In this document: positions 8,796 through 17,900 of the stretch, one piece after another
How the letters are laid out: each line of letters begins with the position of its first letter
Position numbering within the stretch: the first letter of the stretch is position 1
NCBI GenBank assembly: GCA_044226015.1
Contig: JBGAHS010000008.1
Location: 416,001 to 480,000, forward strand
Length of the DNA stretch: 64,000 bases
From: Candidatus Obscuribacteraceae bacterium
GTDB lineage: Bacteria; Cyanobacteriota; Vampirovibrionia; Obscuribacterales; Obscuribacteraceae
Direction of reading: 5' to 3'
Program-made: the position numbers and the translations under genes
Notes under the pieces: model-generated
Database searches by the model: none
Told to the model about the DNA's origin: nothing
What the model saw: the letters and a program-made list of their open reading frames with translations, nothing else

Positions 8796-8980
8796 TTTCT
8801 TGAACGAATTATTTGAATTTGTGCTCACGTGAAGCCTCTTTGCACGGTTTGCTGCACGGTAACCATTATGTCTCAGGCTCGAGATCAGCAACCTCAGTCC
8901 AAAGATGGATACCTGTACGAAATGATAATTTCAGTCGAAAGACTACTCCCTAAGAACGATGAATCCATCTTACGGATAAC

Positions 8981-9017
8981 CGACAATTGAAGGACATTTG
9001 GACATCTTTGTCGTATT
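8981..9017. promoter_or_regulatory. Putative regulator-binding site in the divergent radical SAM / narK promoter
   Basis: Imperfect dyad ATTTG-GACA-TCTT-TGTC-GTATT at 8996-9017, plus further GACA repeats at 8982 and 8993. Confidence 0.35.
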
Positions 9018-9080
9018 TCAACACGACTTCAGAACCTTTAGAAATTCTGTACCCGTTCAAAAAAAAGAAGAAGAGAACCT

Positions 9081-10745
9081 ATGACTATTCAATCACCAAT
9101 TCCGAGTTCAGAATCGAGCCAGCCAGTCAGATCTGATCTAGGCAGATCTGATTTGATTGGCTGGAATCCTGAAGACGAAAATTTTTGGGAGAAGCAGGGA
9201 AAAAAAGTTGCCTTCCGCAACTTATGGATTTCCGTACCCTGCCTACTTTGCGCATTTGCGGTTTGGATGTACTGGAGCATTATTACAGTACAAATGCTAA
9301 ACCTCGGCTTCCCCTACACGAAAGCTGAACTCTTTACACTTTCATCAATCGCAGGGCTATCAGGCGCGACGCTGCGAATTCCTAGTACTTTCTTGATACG
9401 CATGTGTGGCGGCAGAAACACAATTTTCTTCAGCACTCTTTTATTGATTTTTCCAGCCCTGGGCACAGGTTTAGCATTGCAAGATACGAATACTCCGCTC
9501 TGGGTATTTCAAGCCATGGCATTGCTATCTGGACTCGGTGGTGGCAATTTTGCTTCATCAATGTCAAACATTTCATTCTTCTTTCCCAAGAAAATGCAAG
9601 GACTTTCGCTGGGACTAAACGCTGGCGTAGGGAACTTTGGTGTTACAACCATGCAAATACTGGTACCACTGGCAATGACCATGGGGTTGGCAGGGCAGCA
9701 TTCAATGACATTGAAATCTGCTAGCGGAACACTTATCGGAAAAATTCCAGCAGGCACGGAAACCTATATCCAAAATGCTGGATTCATCTGGGTTCTCATC
9801 CTCACTCCACTGGTCATACTCTCGTGGATGTTGATGAACAATATACGCGACGAGCACGTTTCACCGGACACCGGCTCACCCCTTTCAGCAATCTCACGAG
9901 CGGGTGGAATGCTTTCAATCGGTCTTTTGACATCAGCTCTTGGCGCATGGGCTCTCTTACCTGCAAAATCAGGTGGGCTCGGAGTCAATCAATGGCTGGT
10001 ATTACCGGCAGTTGTATTTGCTACAGTCGGTTTGATGAAACTGCTTCCAGGAAAAATAAGACCTATTCTTGAAAGACAGTACAAAGTGTTTGGCAACAAA
10101 CATACATGGATAATGACCATCATTTATACGATGACTTTCGGTAGCTTCATCGGGTATGCAGCGGCATTTCCGTTAGCTATTCAGACAATCTTCGGCTTCT
10201 GCCATGTCGCAGGAGCTGATGGAACGCTGACACACACCATGGCAAACCCAAATGCACCCAGCGCATTAACATACGCATGGATGGGCGCTTTTATCGGCGC
10301 ATTCATCAGACCTATCGGCGGATGGATTTCAGACAAGGTTGGCGGTGCCCTCGTTACACAAATCGCCTCGGTAGCGATGGTGGCAGGTGCACTAGGAAGC
10401 GCACATTACCTAAAACTCGCATACCAAAGCGCGACCCCCGAACAGTACTTCATGCCGTTCTTCCTCTTGTTCTTATTGCTCTTCCTAGCCTCAGGAACAG
10501 GAAATGGATCAACCTTCAGAAGCGTAGCTTACATATTCAACAAAGAACAAGCCGGACCCGTACTGGGCTGGACATCTGCGATAGCAGCATATGGTGCATT
10601 CATAATTCCGAAAGTGATAGGCGAACAAATTGAGCACGGAACGCCTGAATACGCACTTTACGGATTTGCTGTCTTCTATGTTGTTTGTGTAGTTCTGAAC
10701 TGGTGGTACTACCTCAGACCAGGCGCAGAATTCAAAAATCCATAG
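9081..10745 (+). CDS. narK: NarK/NarU-type (NarK2) nitrate/nitrite MFS transporter
   Basis: WNPEDENFWEKQGKKVAFRNLWISVPCLLCAFAVW, GLGGGNFASSMSNISFFFPK, MTFGSFIG and GTGNGSTFR nitrate-signature motifs. Confidence 0.95.
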   Translation: MTIQSPIPSSESSQPVRSDLGRSDLIGWNPEDENFWEKQGKKVAFRNLWISVPCLLCAFAVWMYWSIITVQMLNLGFPYTKAELFTLSSIAGLSGATLRIPSTFLIRMCGGRNTIFFSTLLLIFPALGTGLALQDTNTPLWVFQAMALLSGLGGGNFASSMSNISFFFPKKMQGLSLGLNAGVGNFGVTTMQILVPLAMTMGLAGQHSMTLKSASGTLIGKIPAGTETYIQNAGFIWVLILTPLVILSWMLMNNIRDEHVSPDTGSPLSAISRAGGMLSIGLLTSALGAWALLPAKSGGLGVNQWLVLPAVVFATVGLMKLLPGKIRPILERQYKVFGNKHTWIMTIIYTMTFGSFIGYAAAFPLAIQTIFGFCHVAGADGTLTHTMANPNAPSALTYAWMGAFIGAFIRPIGGWISDKVGGALVTQIASVAMVAGALGSAHYLKLAYQSATPEQYFMPFFLLFLLLFLASGTGNGSTFRSVAYIFNKEQAGPVLGWTSAIAAYGAFIIPKVIGEQIEHGTPEYALYGFAVFYVVCVVLNWWYYLRPGAEFKNP

Positions 10746-10753
10746 GTCACATA

Positions 10754-10789
10754 TGGCAAGGTCGGAGAAGAGATTCTGCGACCTTGCCA
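10754..10789 (+). other. Intercistronic stem-loop between the two narK genes
   Basis: TGGCAAGGTCG ... CGACCTTGCCA, 11-bp perfect arms with no U-tract. Confidence 0.6.
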
Positions 10790-10837
10790 CCGCACATCAT
10801 GATTTAGTTCTTTGCTCACCACGAAAGAAGGTTTGAA

Positions 10838-12346
10838 ATGTCCGACGATGCAAAGGCAGTCTCAGTTCTGACTGTAAACACGCTCTCCTTTACGGTTTGC
10901 TTTGCTGCCTGGATGATGTATGGTGTCTTGATTACATACCTGGTTGATAATGGGCTTGTGCACTTCGACAAAGCGCAGCTCGGTTGGCTGATCGGTACGC
11001 CAGTTCTGACAGGCTCAATAATACGCTTGCCAGTCGGAATCTGGACTGACAGATATGGCGGGCGAATAGTATTTGCTTTAGTCATGTTGGTTTCAGCAGC
11101 ATCAATGTACTGCGTGAGTTTCTGCAACACCTTTACAGAATTCCTGATTGCTGCTCTTGGTTTTGGGCTTTCAGGCACAGCGTTTGCTGTGGGAATTGCT
11201 TACACTTCAGTCTGGTTTCCAAAAGAGAAACAGGGCACCGTGCTTGGTATCTTCGGCGCAGGAAACGCAGGCGCAGCCATTACAAGTTTCGGAGCGCCGC
11301 ACTTGCTCGCCTACCTTACTGACCACAACCACAATCTTGAAGGATGGCGCAACCTGCCAAAAGTTTATGCGGCAGCACTTGTGATAATGACTGTTATTTT
11401 CTGGCTATTCTCTTTTCCTAAGAAAGTTGACCACGGTAAGGGTTTCACTCTTGCCCAACAGCTAGCACCATTGAAGCATGTGCGCGTATGGCGATTTGGA
11501 CTCTACTACTTTTTCGTGTTCGGAGGATTCGTTGCACTATCTCAGTGGCTGATTCCATACTATCTAAATGTATATGCAATGAGTCTGGCTACGGCTGGCT
11601 TTTACGCCGCATGCTTCAGCTTGCCTTCAGGCGTAATCAGAGCATTTGGAGGATGGCTCTCTGACATGTGGGGTGCCCGCTCAGTCATGTATTGGGTGCT
11701 TTGTTCTTGCCTGATATGCTGCGCATTACTTTGCGTTCCGCGAATGGACATCATGTCTCCAGGAGAAGGAATTATGGCGCTAAAAGGCGGCACAGTCAGC
11801 TCGGTGACCGGCGCCTTAATAGAAGTAGGAGAACAAAAATACAAACTGCGTGAAAAACCAGCGCAAGATGTTCTGACGCAGGCGTCGCAAAACGAAAACA
11901 TGATCGTCTGGCCTACATTCACCTTCTGGCAAGAGCCTGCGGTTAAAGTCGGCGACACGATAGTGAAGAAACAACTGCTTGCCAGAGGCATCACTCACAT
12001 CTTTTTCCAGGCAAATGTCTGGATATTCACAGCCCTGGTACTGGTAGTCGGAGTTGCGACCGGCATAGGAAAAGCAGCCGTCTACAAGCATATTCCTGAT
12101 TACTTTCCATCCGATGTCGGTGTAGTTGGTGGCATCGTCGGCGTCATCGGGGGTCTTGGTGGCTGGGTCGGTCCAATTCTCTTCGGCATGATGCTTAATG
12201 CCACGGGAATCTGGACAACATGCTGGCTCTTCTTCTCAGTAATTATCGTAATGTGTTTAGTCTGGATGCACTGGACTATAACGCACATGATGAATGAGAG
12301 AGCTCCAGAAGTAGCACGCGCAATTGAGCTTGAAACTACGCCATAG
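10838..12346 (+). CDS. narK: NarK1-type nitrate MFS transporter with a ~90-aa inserted soluble domain
   Basis: NTLSFTVCFAAW, PVLTGSIIRLP, FAVGIAYTSVWFPKEKQGTVLGIFGAGNAG, VWRFGLYYFFVFGGFVAL and GIGKAAVYKHIPDYFP. Insertion at about nt 11738-12020. Confidence 0.92.
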   Translation: MSDDAKAVSVLTVNTLSFTVCFAAWMMYGVLITYLVDNGLVHFDKAQLGWLIGTPVLTGSIIRLPVGIWTDRYGGRIVFALVMLVSAASMYCVSFCNTFTEFLIAALGFGLSGTAFAVGIAYTSVWFPKEKQGTVLGIFGAGNAGAAITSFGAPHLLAYLTDHNHNLEGWRNLPKVYAAALVIMTVIFWLFSFPKKVDHGKGFTLAQQLAPLKHVRVWRFGLYYFFVFGGFVALSQWLIPYYLNVYAMSLATAGFYAACFSLPSGVIRAFGGWLSDMWGARSVMYWVLCSCLICCALLCVPRMDIMSPGEGIMALKGGTVSSVTGALIEVGEQKYKLREKPAQDVLTQASQNENMIVWPTFTFWQEPAVKVGDTIVKKQLLARGITHIFFQANVWIFTALVLVVGVATGIGKAAVYKHIPDYFPSDVGVVGGIVGVIGGLGGWVGPILFGMMLNATGIWTTCWLFFSVIIVMCLVWMHWTITHMMNERAPEVARAIELETTP

Positions 12347-12422
12347 CTCATCACTCGTCTTTTCCAGGACAAACAACGGCAATTGTTCAATTCCAGGAAT
12401 CAAGTTTAACCAGCAGCGCAAG

Positions 12423-12460
12423 AGAAACTCGGACACGCAAATGCGTGTCCGATTTCTTTT
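12423..12460. terminator. Intrinsic terminator, probably bidirectional, between convergent genes
   Basis: TCGGACACGCA-AA-TGCGTGTCCGA hairpin flanked by AGAAA and TTTCTTTT. Confidence 0.8.
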
Positions 12461-12472
12461 CTGCATATTCGC

Positions 12473-12625
12473 GGTTCAGCAAATCAATCCTGGTTTCAGT
12501 AAATCAATCCTGGTTCAGCGAATCGATCCTGGTTCAGCGAATCGATCCTGGTTCAGCAAATCGATCCCGGTTCAGCGAATCGATCCTGGTTCATATTATC
12601 AATCATGGTTCAGCGAATCAATCGT
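12473..12625. repeat. Tandem repeat, 8 copies of a 19-bp unit (consensus GGTTCAGCGAATCGATCCT)
   Basis: Units start at 12473, 12492 (20 bp), 12512, 12531, 12550, 12569, 12588 and 12607. They abut directly with no spacers. Confidence 0.95.
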
Positions 12626-12951
12626 TGCGCAATTAAACCAACGAATTTACTTTTACCCCTGTACCACCAACCAAGATGATTATTGCATTGACGGCAAACA
12701 GCAAACGACCAATCATATCCCACAAACCAACTCGCCTCAGGAGTGGGCTCACCAATGTCGGCCGCACCTGGCGCCTCGGAGAAACAGAGCACGTGAAATG
12801 AATATCCAGCAGGGTTGCGGAAGGTATGCTCATGGGGTTGAATAGCAGCGCCTGGGGTGGTTATTTCAAAATCACAGGCTTTGCAGCGGACGACTTTCTT
12901 CTCTTCCGTGTTGGTCTTCTCTTCAAGTTCAATCGAAAAGCCTGTGCTCAT
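12610..12951 (-). CDS. Cereblon-family (CULT / thalidomide-binding domain) protein
   Basis: CKAC and CRQC zinc pairs, FRNPAGYSF, and SWFVGYDW..HLGWWY aromatic-cage motif. Confidence 0.92.
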   Translation of the reverse strand: MSTGFSIELEEKTNTEEKKVVRCKACDFEITTPGAAIQPHEHTFRNPAGYSFHVLCFSEAPGAADIGEPTPEASWFVGYDWSFAVCRQCNNHLGWWYRGKSKFVGLIAQRLIR

Positions 12952-12968
12952 AAATCAATAGTGAAGCA

Positions 12969-14960
12969 TCAAATCAGTTTGACTATACCCAGTGCAGCCA
13001 GAGCTTTCAAAATGGCTATGAAAGCCGAGGACAATGATTCACCAGCAATGGCGCCTGATGCTACAGGAACGGTGTATCCTTCGGCAGTTTTGGCATGAAC
13101 CTTCTTCCATATCGACGCAATGCTTGCACCAATCATAAAAGCAAGAGCGTTTTGGAAAGGCATTACCCAGGCGAGTCCCAAGCCCATTGCAGATGGCGTA
13201 AACTTTTTCCACTTTGGAAAGTAGTGATCGACAAGAGTCAAGGCAAACCCTAACGCGAGTCCAATCATTATGGCGGCCTGCGCTGACTTGGGAATAGAAT
13301 CAATGCCATGCGCCAGAGCCTGTGCAACGGCTTTCCAGATGTTGGTTGCTGGTGGGTCGTAACTCTCAAGCACTTGTTTTGAGGGAATCATCAAATACCA
13401 AGCAGGCACAACAGCGATGACACCAAAGAAGACACCAGACAATTGCGCAAAGAACTGCTTACGCGGATTAGCCCCAAGCAAATACCCGCTCTTCAAGTCG
13501 GTTAGCAAGTCAGCCGAAGCGATAGCAGTGTTTGCGGTCACACTTGCTGTCATCAAATTGGCGGTGATGTTATTGGGACACAAAACAGCAAAGGTGAGCT
13601 GTGAAACTTTTCCCATGGCCCCTGTCGGTGTAATGTCAGTTTCACCTGTTGCCCGGCATGCCACCAGCGCCAGTGCGAAACTCATCACCACCGCAAAAAG
13701 TCCCAAATGCGGCGAGATATTGAACGCAAAATACATAACGATTGCCAACAAAATGGCAAACGGTAAAGCACCAAGAATGCACCACTTAATCGGAACTTCC
13801 ATCTGGTTTAGCTTTGCCATTTCGAGTTGATCGCCCGAGAGTTCGCTAGAGGTATTCACGTTCTGAAAGGTTCTAACTATGGTCTTCCACTGCAAAGCGA
13901 AAGCCGTCAAGCCAGAGGCAACCATAATCGCGGTTCCACCCCATAGTGCCCAACCAGAAATAATTTTTGCACCAGACTCAATGTCGTGACTGGCTACAAG
14001 GCCAGGTCCTAAACAGAAATAGAGAAAACATGCGCTTATGAACATGGAGAATGACACTCGCATTCCAACAATCATTCCTGCTGCGATGAGCAATACGCTT
14101 GGTTCAAAACCGAACCCGCGCAGAGTCTCCATTTTGAAACCTTGAAAGGTAATGGGAAATGGTATCAGTTCTGGAAGCTTGAAGTTAATCGCCTTTTGCC
14201 ACGCCCACTCACCCTTGCTAGCGATTCCTACCAAAGCCCCAATCACAAGCGTTACGACAAGCGAATAAGCCTGGTAGACAGCTTCTTTCGAACCACCATA
14301 CAAACTCTTTAAAGTTTCAGCAGCGGCTATTCCACTAGGAAAAGGAAGCTGCTCTTTATTAATCATCTGGCGCTTCATCGGAACAGCGAGCATCACACCA
14401 AGCATTGCAGTAGCGAATGTCCAAATCGCACAGATCTCCCAGGGCAAGTGCTTTCCTTCAATCAATAGGTAGGCACCAAATGCCATACCAATGGTTGAGC
14501 CAGTGGAGTATCCGGCGGCACTGGCTGTGGATTGCATGCAGTTACTTTCGAGGATGCTCATCTGAGTGATTTTGGGAATCAACACCATAAATGTTCGCCA
14601 GATCACAAAAGAAAGAACGCAAGCGGTGATAGCAACACCGAAGCCCCAGCCCAATTTGATGTGCGTGTACAAATTGGAGATAGCCATCATCATGCCAAGA
14701 AAACCACCCATCAGCACTGCGCGGGGCGTCAACTGCGCCACCTGGTCGCCTTGATAGATATTGCGATACCAGTGAAGCTCTCGATCTTCGTAATTCTCAG
14801 AGGCTTCCTTCTCATGTTGGACAATTTGCGCGTCCTGCAAGTCGGGCGACAGCTCACGAGCCTCATCAACAGAACCACTCAATTCAGAAATGGCCTCATC
14901 TTTGTACACAACATTGATGTCGCCTTCTTTTGCTGAATCTTGCTCATCTCCCTGGTTCAC
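12969..14960 (-). CDS. OPT-family oligopeptide transporter
   Basis: QLTPRAVLMG, SNLYTHIKLGWGFGV, LESNCMQSTASAAG, LPFPSGIAAAE, GETDITPTG, DLKSGYLLGANPRKQF and VASGAIAGES. Confidence 0.95.
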   Translation of the reverse strand: MNQGDEQDSAKEGDINVVYKDEAISELSGSVDEARELSPDLQDAQIVQHEKEASENYEDRELHWYRNIYQGDQVAQLTPRAVLMGGFLGMMMAISNLYTHIKLGWGFGVAITACVLSFVIWRTFMVLIPKITQMSILESNCMQSTASAAGYSTGSTIGMAFGAYLLIEGKHLPWEICAIWTFATAMLGVMLAVPMKRQMINKEQLPFPSGIAAAETLKSLYGGSKEAVYQAYSLVVTLVIGALVGIASKGEWAWQKAINFKLPELIPFPITFQGFKMETLRGFGFEPSVLLIAAGMIVGMRVSFSMFISACFLYFCLGPGLVASHDIESGAKIISGWALWGGTAIMVASGLTAFALQWKTIVRTFQNVNTSSELSGDQLEMAKLNQMEVPIKWCILGALPFAILLAIVMYFAFNISPHLGLFAVVMSFALALVACRATGETDITPTGAMGKVSQLTFAVLCPNNITANLMTASVTANTAIASADLLTDLKSGYLLGANPRKQFFAQLSGVFFGVIAVVPAWYLMIPSKQVLESYDPPATNIWKAVAQALAHGIDSIPKSAQAAIMIGLALGFALTLVDHYFPKWKKFTPSAMGLGLAWVMPFQNALAFMIGASIASIWKKVHAKTAEGYTVPVASGAIAGESLSSAFIAILKALAALGIVKLI

Positions 14961-15120
14961 GACATTTCCTCATAGTTCGCGGCAATGCGGCACAAGTCCG
15001 ATCTCAAGAGTGGACCACGCCCTGGATAATAGCGAACAATTATAGATGGAAAAGGCTGATTTTGTGTCCTGAGACAAGCTCGCACGGCAAGCTTAAGTAC
15101 GAATCATCAGAATCCACGCC

Positions 15121-15603
15121 TTATTTGGAACTCGGAATGAATCGAACAAAAATCGCTATCAGCATGATCAACATGGTAATCGATTGAGACATCAGCACCA
15201 TAGTAAAACCAAAGCCGCCCGACAACATGGCACAGACAAGAAGCATTGCAAGCACAGCACCACCGAGAACGAAACCCATCTGAACATTACGTGACACCGC
15301 ATCTAGTGCCAGTTTGTTCAAGCCTTCTGCAATCATAACGCCAAATATCGCCGCGAGAAGCCAACTCAAACTGTTTGCCCCTACGTATGCAAGAAGACCA
15401 AATGCAATGAACGTATAGCAAATAGCAGCAGCCTCAAGGCGCAAAAATTGATTGGATTTGATTACCTGCCGTTTTTTCGGCGCGCAACGAGAACAAAACA
15501 ACGAACTTCCCGTGGCAGTCAGACAGTCACGACAAATCTCGCGCTTGCACTGAAAGCACTTTAACTCGGTTCTGCCACATCTGTGTCCAAAAAGTTTCAG
15601 CAT
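15121..15603 (-). CDS. Membrane protein with N-terminal B-box-like zinc finger
   Basis: HRCGRTELKCFQCKREICRDC..FCSRC followed by about 4 hydrophobic segments. ATG at 15603 lies 20 nt downstream of the TetR stop. Confidence 0.65.
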   Translation of the reverse strand: MLKLFGHRCGRTELKCFQCKREICRDCLTATGSSLFCSRCAPKKRQVIKSNQFLRLEAAAICYTFIAFGLLAYVGANSLSWLLAAIFGVMIAEGLNKLALDAVSRNVQMGFVLGGAVLAMLLVCAMLSGGFGFTMVLMSQSITMLIMLIAIFVRFIPSSK

Positions 15604-15622
15604 CAGAACATACTCGCAAAAG

Positions 15623-16237
15623 CTACGGCGCGAGTCGCCGCAGGAGGACGTCAACTTCTTTTCTTGCCTGTTGTGCAAACGGTGTGTGCTTGTTTTTGGT
15701 TAGCATATTAATGAGATGTTGCTTTAAGACAGAATCTATCACTAATACTAGCAATTCCGGTGCGAATTCGGAGGTCAATTCACCATCTTCCTGCGCTTTA
15801 ACAATATATTGTATGGGCGTAAGGCTGTGTGGAGCCACATCAGAGTTGGCTTTTGAAATCAGTTCTCGCATTGCATAGAAAAAAGCCTTGGCTGACGCAG
15901 GGTGCTTATCGAACCATTCTGCAGAACTGCCGAGAACCTCGCGAATGGCATTAACAGCCGACTGCGAACGGGCGAATTCCCTCTCTCCGCGAGCCAACCA
16001 CTGTTGCGAAACCGAGTCAGTAAGCGCCAGCAAGACCTCAGCTTTGTTTTCGAAATGGTTGTAGAGCGTACCTCTAGCGACATCAGCGGTTTCGGCAATT
16101 TCCTCCATCGAGGTGTCGAGATAGCCTTTGCTTTCGAACAACTGGAGAGCAGCGCTCAAAATTGTGTTTCGGCGTTCTTGGACCTGCCTCTCGCGGCGAT
16201 TCAACTGCCGTTCACCTTTAGACAACTGTTCAACCAT
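15623..16237 (-). CDS. TetR/AcrR-family transcriptional regulator
   Basis: ILSAALQLFESKGYLDTSMEEIAETADVARGTLYNHFENK HTH. ATG 16237 with GGAG upstream; divergent from the RND operon. Confidence 0.95.
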   Translation of the reverse strand: MVEQLSKGERQLNRRERQVQERRNTILSAALQLFESKGYLDTSMEEIAETADVARGTLYNHFENKAEVLLALTDSVSQQWLARGEREFARSQSAVNAIREVLGSSAEWFDKHPASAKAFFYAMRELISKANSDVAPHSLTPIQYIVKAQEDGELTSEFAPELLVLVIDSVLKQHLINMLTKNKHTPFAQQARKEVDVLLRRLAP

Positions 16238-16470
16238 GTTCTCAACTCCAGCCTGAAAGTCACTCAATTATGTCATAAAGATGCCAAGCTTGTCGTGTGT
16301 GTTCCATAAACGAGTTCGAATTGTAAGTGCTGGGAACCTCCCAATGTAGGTTATTTCAAGAATAAAGCCAATCCGGGCACATTTTCTTGGCAATCAAAGT
16401 CGTTAGACATGTGTATAATGAAATACAGTGTTCAATCTTTTACCAGTGTCTAAAAAGTGCAGGTCAAAGT

Positions 16471-17892
16471 ATGCAAGGGTTAAAGTCAAATATTAAGCTA
16501 ACACCGCCCGGTATTCGCCCAGGCGAGAGAAAGAAAACGCTAATTGCAGCCTTCGCGGGTACGATCGTGTTGGCGCTTGTAATCTGCACACTCTCAGGGT
16601 TCAGCCCAAACGCGGCTCTTCCCAAACCGAGCGCGACCGCAGAACTTGCGCCGGTTGCAACCGTTACGACCTATTGTGTTTCCAAAGTTCCACTGCAGAG
16701 TCAGGTCACCGCTAGTGGAACGGTTGCGGCCCGCCACACACTGGATATTGGACCCGAAATAAGTGGTTTGAAAGTAGTCCAGGTAAACGTCGAAGAAGGA
16801 GACCATGTCAAAAAAGGACAAACTCTCGCACGCTTGAATGACGACATTCTCCAGGCTCAATTAAGCAGAGAACAAGCAAACTTGAATGGCGCAATCGCCA
16901 ATCTGGAAAAAACAAAGCAACCAAATCGAACAGAAGACATCGCCGCCTTGCGTGCGGCATACGAGCAATCACTCGCAGGTGTCACGCAAGCACGCGCAAA
17001 CGTGACGCGCGCCGAAACGAATTTGCAGAATCTTTCCACGATTGCATCACGCTACGACAAACTCAAGTCAGAGGGCGCGATCAGCGTGCAAGACGCGCTG
17101 GACAAAAAAACTGCAGCCAGCATGGCAAATGATGACCTTTCCGCATTGAAGCAACAAGTAGTCGCATCGCAATATGTAGCAAAGCAAGCCGAAGAAAGGC
17201 TCAAAGCAGCAGAGGCAGGCGGCAGGGCTGTTGATGTATCAATTTCTGCTGCCAATGTTGGGCAATTGCAAGCATCAGTTCGCCAAATGCAAGCTCAGCT
17301 GAATCAAACAATCTTGCGTGCCCCCACAGATGGTGTCGTCACGAAACGAAATGCAGATGTCGGTGAGATTACATCACTGGCACAAGCACTTTTCTCGATT
17401 GCCTGCAATGAAGAGCTTGAGCTAAGAGCACAAGTGCAGGAGATAGATCTTCCGGCGGTAAAAATTGGAAGCAAAGTAAAAGTCGTGCCAGCCTCACCTG
17501 AGTTGCGTCCTTTCACTGCCACTGTACGAGAGCTGAGCCCGGTCGTTGATTCGCGAACAAGACTCGGAACAGCTTACATCAACGTTCCGCCTGATGCAGG
17601 TTTGAAAGAAGGCATGTATGCAAGCGCAGCCATCAGCACGGGAGAGCGCAACGCTATAGCAGTTCCCACCCGGGCATTAAGAACCGACGACAGCGACAAA
17701 TTCGTTTTTGTCCTAAGTGCTAACAAGGCAATGAGAAGACCCGTGCAAACTGGCACCACCAACAGTGACATGGTTGAAATAAGCTCGGGCTTATCGACCG
17801 GTGAAAAACTCATACTCGACGGAGCAGGCTTTCTAAAAGATGGTGATGTCGTTGAGATCAATAATTCCGCTTCAATTTCAATGGGCAGGTAA
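16471..17892 (+). CDS. RND efflux periplasmic adaptor (membrane fusion protein)
   Basis: N-terminal TM, VNVEEGDHVKKGQTLARL, long coiled coil, LRAPTDGVV, LKEGMYA and VEISSGLSTGE. Confidence 0.93.
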   Translation: MQGLKSNIKLTPPGIRPGERKKTLIAAFAGTIVLALVICTLSGFSPNAALPKPSATAELAPVATVTTYCVSKVPLQSQVTASGTVAARHTLDIGPEISGLKVVQVNVEEGDHVKKGQTLARLNDDILQAQLSREQANLNGAIANLEKTKQPNRTEDIAALRAAYEQSLAGVTQARANVTRAETNLQNLSTIASRYDKLKSEGAISVQDALDKKTAASMANDDLSALKQQVVASQYVAKQAEERLKAAEAGGRAVDVSISAANVGQLQASVRQMQAQLNQTILRAPTDGVVTKRNADVGEITSLAQALFSIACNEELELRAQVQEIDLPAVKIGSKVKVVPASPELRPFTATVRELSPVVDSRTRLGTAYINVPPDAGLKEGMYASAAISTGERNAIAVPTRALRTDDSDKFVFVLSANKAMRRPVQTGTTNSDMVEISSGLSTGEKLILDGAGFLKDGDVVEINNSASISMGR

Positions 17893-17900
17893 GGTGCATT

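Noticed and set aside
8892..9080. FNR/Crp box upstream of narK
   Set aside because: No TTGAT-N4-ATCAA match found by eye.
12473..12625. CRISPR array
   Set aside because: Units abut with no unique spacers, are only 19 bp, and no cas genes are in the window.
12324..12845. 173-aa + strand ORF
   Set aside because: It is read through the terminator and tandem repeat and lies antisense to the well-supported CULT gene.
16387..16455. Sigma70 promoter and TetR operator upstream of the RND adaptor (TATAAT at 16414; TAGACA...TGTCTA)
   Set aside because: Spacing to the candidate -35 is about 21 nt and the dyad arms are short and far apart; too weak to call.
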